The notes beneath the pieces were generated by a model that did not search any database, was not told where the DNA came from, and worked only from the letters and a program-made list of their open reading frames with translations. Of a stretch of DNA of 64,000 nucleotides, positions 1 through 7,291 are shown in pieces. Numbering within the stretch: the stretch's first letter is position 1; every line of letters starts with the position of its first letter. The stretch spans positions 54,426 through 118,425 of the IMG/VR virus record IMGVR_UViG_3300005095_000072; one strand, written 5' to 3'. The DNA is from a virus. The translations under genes were made by a program, and so were the position numbers.

Positions 1-237
1 TTAAAGTTAGTAAATAAAATAAAAGAAACTTTATCCCAACCTAATATTTATAAAAAAGATTATATAATTCTTTATAGGAGTCAAAAATATATTATATACT
101 TAGATTTGTTCTCTTATAAATATATGAGAGTTGGGCTTAAAATAGGCGAACCTAAAAATGATGAGTTCTATGCAGATATATATTTAAACATTGCAGGAAA
201 TATAGTTATTGTTAGTAAGCAAACTGTGTATATTTAA
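1..237 (+). CDS. hypothetical protein, 5' truncated by window edge
   Basis: Frame 1 open from base 1 to TAA at 235-237. Confidence 0.5.
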   Translation, partial: LKLVNKIKETLSQPNIYKKDYIILYRSQKYIIYLDLFSYKYMRVGLKIGEPKNDEFYADIYLNIAGNIVIVSKQTVYI

Positions 238-269
238 TATGAAAATTCTATAAATTGTAAAGGTATAAA

Positions 270-737
270 ATGGATTATATAGTAGATGGAGTAAAGATTT
301 TAGAAATTATGAAGCACGAGCCTAAACCATTACCTTGTGAAAAATGTTATGGCTCATGTTGTGGTAAGAAAGTACATTTCTCTAAAAAAGATTTAAAGAG
401 GATACAAAAGAAATACACTTCTTTAATTGAGAAATTAAAAATATATGCAGTTCAATTAGATAAAAAGACTTTTCAGTTTGAATCAGATTTAGAGAGTTAT
501 AAAAAAGATTGGTATTGTATCTTTTATGATAAAAATAGTAACAAATGTTTGATATATGAGGAAAGACCTCAGGTATGTAGAATGTATGGAAAGTCTAAAC
601 TATTATTATGTCCTTTTGAAGGGATGGATTATGTACCTGAAAAAGGAAGTGCAGAAGAACAAGATTTAGTTATACAAACTCAGATTAAACAATCTCAAAC
701 TTTGTTAGGTAGTTTTAATAAACTAGCAAATATATAA
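270..737 (+). CDS. YkgJ/FliB-like cysteine-cluster (CxxCxxxCC) protein
   Basis: CEKCYGSCCG ... CIFYD ... CLIYEERPQVCRMY pattern typical of the YkgJ family. Confidence 0.8.
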   Translation: MDYIVDGVKILEIMKHEPKPLPCEKCYGSCCGKKVHFSKKDLKRIQKKYTSLIEKLKIYAVQLDKKTFQFESDLESYKKDWYCIFYDKNSNKCLIYEERPQVCRMYGKSKLLLCPFEGMDYVPEKGSAEEQDLVIQTQIKQSQTLLGSFNKLANI

Positions 738-754
738 ATTCTAGGAGGAAAAAG

Positions 755-1096
755 ATGGGAGATTTTTTAAATATAAGACATTATTTAGAAAATATAATAG
801 ATAGAGTGGAGGATTTAAAAGCAGGTCTTGATGAAGAGAATTTAATAAAGATAAAATGTAGTGATATATGGGATGGGATAGCAGGTAATATTTATCTTGA
901 TAAAGATATGAGAATGATATATCTAACAAGTGAAACTACATTTAAAAGATTATATAAAGAAACTGAGTTCTCTAATATAAATGAAAGCTCTTGGTTAGTT
1001 TTTAAAATAGAAGATACTGAACTATTTGCAATAGATATAGATTATTCTATTGTCTTAGAAGATATTTACCAAAGATTTACAGAGGAAGAACTGTGA
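755..1096 (+). CDS. hypothetical protein
   Basis: AGGAGG RBS; overlaps start of next gene. Confidence 0.65.
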   Translation: MGDFLNIRHYLENIIDRVEDLKAGLDEENLIKIKCSDIWDGIAGNIYLDKDMRMIYLTSETTFKRLYKETEFSNINESSWLVFKIEDTELFAIDIDYSIVLEDIYQRFTEEEL

Positions 1097-1899
1097 GGCA
1101 AAGAACTATAAAAGATATGTTAGATATATTTCATCAGATAGCTAGTAATGGTTATTCTTTAAATCAAGTATATTCAGATTTTTTAGAGATAACTGCTATT
1201 TCTTTTAGAACTTCTGTTGTAGATGAAAAAACAAGAGAGAAGATAGAAGAACAATATAGTAGATTTTTAGATAAATATAAAGCAGATAATATGAAATTGT
1301 TTGCTAAAGTTTTAGCAGTACTAGTTGAGTTACAAGAACAAGAGTATAGAGATTATTTAGGAGAGTTAGCAAGTGAAGTTGCTATATTGAGTAATAAGAA
1401 AGGTCAAGTCTTTACACCTTTACATATTTCAGATATGATGGTAAAAATGACTTTAAATCAAGATAGTATTAAGAAAGCATATAAAGAACAGGGTTATATA
1501 ACTATTTTAGAACCCTCTGCAGGGACTGGTGCATTTTTAGTATCTATAGCTAGACAAGGAATAAAAGGGGAGTTACCTTGTAATTTTCAAAAGGAAATAA
1601 AGATTCAAGCTTGGGAACTAGATAGAACTGTTTTCTTTGGACTGTATATTCAAGCTTGTCTATTAGGGTTAGATGCTGAGATAATAAATGGAAACACTTT
1701 AACAAGAGAGGTTTATGAAAGATGGATAACTCCTGTATCTCATATAAATAGAATGGAAAGCATTATATCTAATATTTTTACTAAACCTAAAGAACAGGAT
1801 ATATTTAAAGATAGTGATGTTAAACTTGATAGGTCTATAAAAGATAGGATAGCAAAGATGAGTGAGAGACTAAAAAGAGGTGATTTTGATGAAGATTAA
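1093..1899 (+). CDS. N6-adenine methyltransferase-like SAM-binding protein (HsdM-like N-part, no visible NPPY motif)
   Basis: GQVFTP, ILEPSAGTG (motif I), ELD, GNTL; no D/NPPY afterwards. Confidence 0.7.
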   Translation: MRQRTIKDMLDIFHQIASNGYSLNQVYSDFLEITAISFRTSVVDEKTREKIEEQYSRFLDKYKADNMKLFAKVLAVLVELQEQEYRDYLGELASEVAILSNKKGQVFTPLHISDMMVKMTLNQDSIKKAYKEQGYITILEPSAGTGAFLVSIARQGIKGELPCNFQKEIKIQAWELDRTVFFGLYIQACLLGLDAEIINGNTLTREVYERWITPVSHINRMESIISNIFTKPKEQDIFKDSDVKLDRSIKDRIAKMSERLKRGDFDED

Positions 1900-2005
1900 A
1901 AATTATTCTCAAAATTGGATTTTAAGAGCTAAAGATAGTTATCATAAGTTAGAGAGTGTTTTAGATGTTTTCTTTCTTAAAATAGCTAATTTTGTTAAGT
2001 TGTAA
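1889..2005 (+). CDS. possible small protein (38 aa, MKIKNYSQNW...)
   Basis: ATG at 1889 after GAGG, TAA at 2003-2005; fills the gap before tmk. Confidence 0.35.
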   Translation: MKIKNYSQNWILRAKDSYHKLESVLDVFFLKIANFVKL

Positions 2006-2014
2006 GGAAATAAG

Positions 2015-2710
2015 ATGAGTAAAGAGAAAAGAAAAAATTTATATATCAATACAGAGGGGTTAGATAAGTCAGGTAAATCAACTTTACTGAATCAAATAAA
2101 TGGTTACTTTAATAGTAAATTTTTTACAGTAGCAGAGGAACTAGAAATTGGTAAAGAGAGTCCATTTGACTTAAGTAGAGCTATAAGGTCTTATTTGTCT
2201 TTTAGCTCCGAAGAACTTGTCATAGATAAAGAATTATATAATAAGATGGCAGGGATTTTATTTACAGCAAATAGATTTAGGCTTGAAGCTTATGTAAAAT
2301 CTCAAACAACAGTTAAACATCTTATTATGGGTAGAGGTATAGTATCAACTTTAGTATATGCAGAGATAGATGATTTACATTATAATAATTTGATAAAAGA
2401 AATAAACTTAACTAAGCAGTTAATCACTCAACCTGATATTATATTTTACCTCGATATAGATATGAACACTTATATAAATAGATTAGGTAATAACTATTCT
2501 GAGTTAGAGAGCTATGAAGCAGATATACATAGTTTTAACAAATATAAAGCTCGTTATGCTAAATACCTTGATGTTATGGAGAAAAGTGGAGTACAGGTTA
2601 TTAAGTTAGATGGTAGGGATAAACCTGAAATTATCTATAACAATTTTGTTATAGAGATAATAAAAGCAAGACCAGATTTAAACAATAAAAATAGTATATA
2701 TTTTATATAA
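2015..2710 (+). CDS. tmk: thymidylate (dNMP) kinase
   Basis: P-loop EGLDKSGKST, LFTANR, PDIIFYLDI. Confidence 0.8.
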   Translation: MSKEKRKNLYINTEGLDKSGKSTLLNQINGYFNSKFFTVAEELEIGKESPFDLSRAIRSYLSFSSEELVIDKELYNKMAGILFTANRFRLEAYVKSQTTVKHLIMGRGIVSTLVYAEIDDLHYNNLIKEINLTKQLITQPDIIFYLDIDMNTYINRLGNNYSELESYEADIHSFNKYKARYAKYLDVMEKSGVQVIKLDGRDKPEIIYNNFVIEIIKARPDLNNKNSIYFI

Positions 2711-2722
2711 AGAGGATTAAAT

Positions 2723-2950
2723 ATGAGACTAGAGGGTATTAAAACAGGTAAAAGTTTTATGTTCGCTGAGATTGAGTTACTTGCAGATAAAATGAACTTT
2801 AAGTTAGAAGAGTTGGGGGGAAATATTATAGGTAAAAACTTTTTAGTATTGGAAAATCCTTATAAAAAAGATGAACTATATTCTTTTATTTTAACTGATG
2901 TTAATCCTGCTTACATTTATACTTGTATTTATGCAAATAGTAAGGATTAG
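2723..2950 (+). CDS. hypothetical protein
   Basis: GAGG RBS, tight operon spacing. Confidence 0.6.
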   Translation: MRLEGIKTGKSFMFAEIELLADKMNFKLEELGGNIIGKNFLVLENPYKKDELYSFILTDVNPAYIYTCIYANSKD

Positions 2951-2953
2951 TCT

Positions 2954-3562
2954 GTGAGTAAACACTTAAAAGGAACTTCTTTAGCAGGTGGTAGTAATAT
3001 ACACCAAAGGGTAGAAAATGATTTTTATGCAACTGACCCAAAATCTGTAGAAGATTTGCTTATAAATTATGATATTGATGGAAGTTCTTTTTATGAACCT
3101 TGTTGTGGGCAAGGTCATATATCTAAAGTGTTAGAATGGTATTATCCTAAAGCTAAACATTATGCATCTGATTTAGTATATAGAGGTTATGGACAGGGAA
3201 ATATAGATTTTTTAAATACAAGCATTAATAACTTACCTATTAAAGGTAAAAAAGTAGATTGGATAATAACTAACCCACCTTTTAAGTTAGCACAAGAGTT
3301 TATAGATAAAAGCTTACAACTTACAAATATTGGTGTAGCTATATTCTTGAAAATTCAGTTTTTAGAAGGACAAAAAAGAAAAGAATGGCATCAAAAATTA
3401 CCTTTGAACTTTGTATATGTTTTTAGCTCAAGGCAGTTAGTTCTTAATAATGGAGAGAGGATTAACCCTAAAACAGGAAAAGAATGGTCAAGTACTATGT
3501 GCTTTGCTTGGTTTATCTGGAAACATGGGTATAGTGGAGAACCAATAATAAGGTGGGTATGA
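2954..3562 (+). CDS. phage DNA (adenine) methyltransferase
   Basis: DFYAT-P, EPCCGQG (motif I), IITNPPF (motif IV), FAWFIW. Confidence 0.85.
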   Translation: MSKHLKGTSLAGGSNIHQRVENDFYATDPKSVEDLLINYDIDGSSFYEPCCGQGHISKVLEWYYPKAKHYASDLVYRGYGQGNIDFLNTSINNLPIKGKKVDWIITNPPFKLAQEFIDKSLQLTNIGVAIFLKIQFLEGQKRKEWHQKLPLNFVYVFSSRQLVLNNGERINPKTGKEWSSTMCFAWFIWKHGYSGEPIIRWV

Positions 3563-4035
3563 TGAAAAAAGAAATAGATGATAGCTTTGTAACAGCTTGG
3601 GGGCAGGTTACTTTAAAAACAGATGCTAGTGGCAGTAGGTTAAAAGATTTTAATTTCAGACAATTTATGGCAAAGTTTATGTATGAACCTATTTTTTCAA
3701 ATTTTGAAGAAACTTTTAAAAGTGCATTAGAGAAACAACTAGAGGGTTACATGCCTAACCACTTGAGAAAATATGTTAAATATGAGATAATACAAGATAA
3801 AAGTAATGTATCTATTGTACCTAAAAATGTATTTACAATTTTTCTTATGATGGGTAAAATACAATATGCTTTAGATAAAATCCCTGAACTTTATTATGAT
3901 AAAGAAAGATATGAAGATAACAAATTTCTTGTATATTATTTTAGAGATGAAAACAATGAAGGGTTTAATTTTATAAGAAAAGAAGAACTTGCTATAAAAA
4001 ATATAATTTTAAATGAAGATAAGAAAAAGGATTAA
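3553..4035 (+). CDS. hypothetical protein
   Basis: ORF in operon. Confidence 0.6.
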   Translation: MGMMKKEIDDSFVTAWGQVTLKTDASGSRLKDFNFRQFMAKFMYEPIFSNFEETFKSALEKQLEGYMPNHLRKYVKYEIIQDKSNVSIVPKNVFTIFLMMGKIQYALDKIPELYYDKERYEDNKFLVYYFRDENNEGFNFIRKEELAIKNIILNEDKKKD

Positions 4036-4037
4036 AA

Positions 4038-4697
4038 ATGGAAGTAGAACTGTTACACAATACACCTTTACACATAGCGAGTAAAGCTATAAGAACTGCT
4101 TGGCAGAGTTTTGATAAAAGTGATAACGGAGGACAAAAAGATAAAGAGCTTATAGATAGAGTAGGGAATAAGTTTAAACATAGTTCAACTTTAGAGCATC
4201 TGGTTTATACTTTTTATATTAAAGGAATAAGTAGAGCATTATTACAGGAATTAGCAAGGCATAGGATAGCAAGTCTTACCGTAAAATCAACTAGATACAC
4301 ATTAAAAGAATTGAAAGAGGAAAAAATAAAGTGGTTTAATATAGCAGGTGAAGTTACAGATGAAGCATACAACCTTGTAGAGAAATATTGTGTATTACCT
4401 AAAGACTTAGATTTTGAAGATGAAGTTAAATTTAAAATTGCTTTAGCTAATTCTTTAGGAACAATAGCTAACTCTAAATTATCAAATGATAGGATAAAGT
4501 ATTTACTGCCTGAAAGTTATAAAACAGAGCTTACTTACACTATAAATGCTAGAAGCTTACAGAACTTTTTAAGTTTAAGAAGTGATAAATCGGCTTTATG
4601 GGAGATTAGGATATTAGCTCGTAAGTTGTATGAAGCTTTACCTAATGAACATAAATATTTATTTGGAGATTGTATGAAGGATATAAAAAGAACTTAA
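4038..4697 (+). CDS. thyX: FAD-dependent thymidylate synthase
   Basis: HSSTLEH, ISRALLQELARHRIASLTVKSTRY, NARSLQNFLSLR, ALWEIR; Campylobacterota-like N-terminus. Confidence 0.95.
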   Translation: MEVELLHNTPLHIASKAIRTAWQSFDKSDNGGQKDKELIDRVGNKFKHSSTLEHLVYTFYIKGISRALLQELARHRIASLTVKSTRYTLKELKEEKIKWFNIAGEVTDEAYNLVEKYCVLPKDLDFEDEVKFKIALANSLGTIANSKLSNDRIKYLLPESYKTELTYTINARSLQNFLSLRSDKSALWEIRILARKLYEALPNEHKYLFGDCMKDIKRT

Positions 4698-4748
4698 AAC
4701 ATATTTTGATGAGTATTTAAGTATAGTGTAAAAATAGGAACATATAAA

Positions 4749-5084
4749 ATGAGTAAAAATAAAGACTGGAGAAATAGTAGAATCTATAGAATATGGAAGA
4801 TAACTGTTATAAGAAGAGATAGAGTTTGTCAAGTATGTGGCAGTAGAAAAAAGAGACAAGCACATCATATAAATTCTGCCAGATATTTTCCTCATTTAAG
4901 GTTTATAGCAGACAATGGTATATGCTTATGTTATAGTTGTCATTTTCATTTTTATCATATATTATTTAAAGGCGGAACTAAAAAGAAAACAACTAAAGAG
5001 GATTTTGTTAAATTTATGGAGATAGCAAAACATTATATTGAAGTAGGTAAAGGATTAAAAGGTGAGTCAAAAGGAAATATCTAA
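4749..5084 (+). CDS. HNH endonuclease
   Basis: RDRVCQVCG ... AHHI ... NGICLCYSCH. Confidence 0.85.
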   Translation: MSKNKDWRNSRIYRIWKITVIRRDRVCQVCGSRKKRQAHHINSARYFPHLRFIADNGICLCYSCHFHFYHILFKGGTKKKTTKEDFVKFMEIAKHYIEVGKGLKGESKGNI

Positions 5085-6669
5085 AGAACAGGTAGATTTA
5101 TTTCATGTATCTAAGGTAAATAAGTTATCTAAAGCAAGACTTCATAAGTTAAGAGATATGGTGATATTTAAAAACTCTCCATATCTTAATAAAGAAACTT
5201 TTGAAAAAGCATATAACAAATATAAAAAATATGTTAATTATAAATGGAAGAACTTACTTCATAAATCAGATGAAGAGTTATCTCAAATAATGATGGCTTG
5301 TGCTTATAATTATTATCTCAACAAAGACCATTATTTAAAACAAAGACCAGATGCAAATACAAGAGATTTAACTTTATTCTTAGATACTAGATTATCTAAA
5401 GCCTATGATAGAAAAAATAAAATGTTATTGAAAAATAAGCTAGGTATAGTATTTCTTAATTATTTTGTTAAGGAATTTATCATAGCAACCAGGGTAGATG
5501 GTAAAGAAGATAAGTCAGTATTGAAAACATCTGAAAATTGGAAACAGTTGTATAGAACTACAATAAAAACAGTTTATCTTGGAGATGACCCAACCCCTGC
5601 AAATATATTTTCTACATTGAGGTTTAGTGATGGAGCACAGATACCATCTAATTTTAGACCTTTAAGTGCAGGTTGGATATTTTATAATTATGGTTTTTTA
5701 CCTAATAAAGATAAAACTAAAGATATATATTTGCATTGTAGCTCTGAAGGGTTTTTAGGAAGATTGTTGTCGACTTTTTATATAGCATACCATAATCCTA
5801 ATTATAATATACATTACTATACTATAGACCCAAATATTAATGTAGTAAAAGCTTTTGATGAAGTGGTAGAGTTTCTTAAAGATTATGGAAAAGTTAAGAA
5901 CTGGTTTCCTAAGATTTTTAATATAGGTTCTGAACAAGATGAAGCTGATTTTTATAAATTGTATGGTAAGAAGTTCCATGTATCATTCACAAGCCCACCT
6001 TATTTTAATTTAGAAAAATATGCAGAGACTTATACAATACAGGCAGTCTTAGACATTGAAAATAAAACCAAAAAAGAATACTATGTAATTGATGATAAAA
6101 AAGAAAATATTACTTATATAGAAGCATTGAAGTTATATAGAAAGGGCAACACTGTTTTGTATAAAGATAATAATTTTAATATAGAAGAGAAACATAGTGA
6201 GAGTGATAAAATAGAAATAATAGATAGAGGTCAATACAGACAAGAACTTGCTAGTAAGTTAAAAATAGGTGATAAGATAAAGAGAAACAACTTGGTATAT
6301 AAGATTATTAAAGTGAATAAAGTAGGTCAATCAATGAGATTTAAATCTTATGATGCTTGGAATGAGTATTTTTTGAGACCAACTGTAAAGAACATATATA
6401 ACTGTTTAAACGATAGTTGTTATTTGTTGTTAAATGTAGTTAATATAAAAACTCATCCAACTTTAGAAAATGATACCATTAGAATAGCAAAAGAGAATAA
6501 TTTTAAACATATAGATACATTGAAGTTCAAAATACAAAGAGTACCGGGTTCTGTTAAACTTAAAGATGGTAGCACAGTTCTCCTGAAAGAGTTTAAGAAA
6601 GATTGGGAACCGATATTTGTATTTCAAAAAGGAGAAGATAAAAATAAAGTTGTTAAATCTGACGAGTAA
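5062..6669 (+). CDS. DNA amino-methyltransferase with ~100-aa insertion after catalytic motif
   Basis: SNFRP, SEGFLGRL, IDPN, FTSPPYFNLEKY, WNEYFL, EPIFVF. Confidence 0.75.
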   Translation: MSQKEISKEQVDLFHVSKVNKLSKARLHKLRDMVIFKNSPYLNKETFEKAYNKYKKYVNYKWKNLLHKSDEELSQIMMACAYNYYLNKDHYLKQRPDANTRDLTLFLDTRLSKAYDRKNKMLLKNKLGIVFLNYFVKEFIIATRVDGKEDKSVLKTSENWKQLYRTTIKTVYLGDDPTPANIFSTLRFSDGAQIPSNFRPLSAGWIFYNYGFLPNKDKTKDIYLHCSSEGFLGRLLSTFYIAYHNPNYNIHYYTIDPNINVVKAFDEVVEFLKDYGKVKNWFPKIFNIGSEQDEADFYKLYGKKFHVSFTSPPYFNLEKYAETYTIQAVLDIENKTKKEYYVIDDKKENITYIEALKLYRKGNTVLYKDNNFNIEEKHSESDKIEIIDRGQYRQELASKLKIGDKIKRNNLVYKIIKVNKVGQSMRFKSYDAWNEYFLRPTVKNIYNCLNDSCYLLLNVVNIKTHPTLENDTIRIAKENNFKHIDTLKFKIQRVPGSVKLKDGSTVLLKEFKKDWEPIFVFQKGEDKNKVVKSDE

Positions 6670-6779
6670 TGATTTAACAAAATCAGGATAGAGCTATCTT
6701 AAAGATAGAGGGGATTCGGGAGGGCGAAAAACAGTTGTATGACTTTGGACGGTTATATGACTTAGAAAAGGAGTCCATT

Positions 6780-7094
6780 ATGAAAAGATTTATGCTAATG
6801 CTTGTAGCAATGGTAGGTGCACTATTCAGTGCTAGTTTTGGTGGTAACAAAGGTGGTAAAGCTTCCGACCTAACTGCTGTTAAAAAAGGTAAAGCAAGTC
6901 CTCTAAGATTTACTAAAGGTAAAAAAGGAACACCTGAGTTGAAAGCAGGTAAAGGAAGACTTACAGAAACCACTAAAAAAGCTATGGATAGAAGAACCAA
7001 TGTAAAAGGTGGTGGAACTACAGCAAGAGGTAAAGTCGGAGGACCAAACACTCCTAAAGTAGCTCCTACAAGAAAACCTAGAAGAAAAAAGTAA
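6780..7094 (+). CDS. small Lys/Gly-rich basic protein with hydrophobic N-terminus
   Basis: AAGGAG RBS before ATG 6780; MKRFMLMLVAMVGALFSASF then K/G/T/R-rich; followed by terminator. Confidence 0.7.
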   Translation: MKRFMLMLVAMVGALFSASFGGNKGGKASDLTAVKKGKASPLRFTKGKKGTPELKAGKGRLTETTKKAMDRRTNVKGGGTTARGKVGGPNTPKVAPTRKPRRKK

Positions 7095-7118
7095 TTTAGC
7101 TTTTAGGAAACCAACTTT

Positions 7119-7158
7119 TAGAAAGAGTAGTTAGAGTAAAACCTGCTACTCTTTTTCT
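7119..7158 (+). terminator. intrinsic terminator
   Basis: AAAGAGTAG ... CTACTCTTT stem followed by T-rich run. Confidence 0.65.
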
Positions 7159-7291
7159 ATTTATAATAACTTCAATTAACTTACTTCAAACAATTTAATA
7201 CAACTTAATTTCCAAATCTTTTTAATTGTTAATATTTAATAGAAAGTTTTTAGACTTGTATATATTCAAATAGTAATATATAGGAGAAAAG

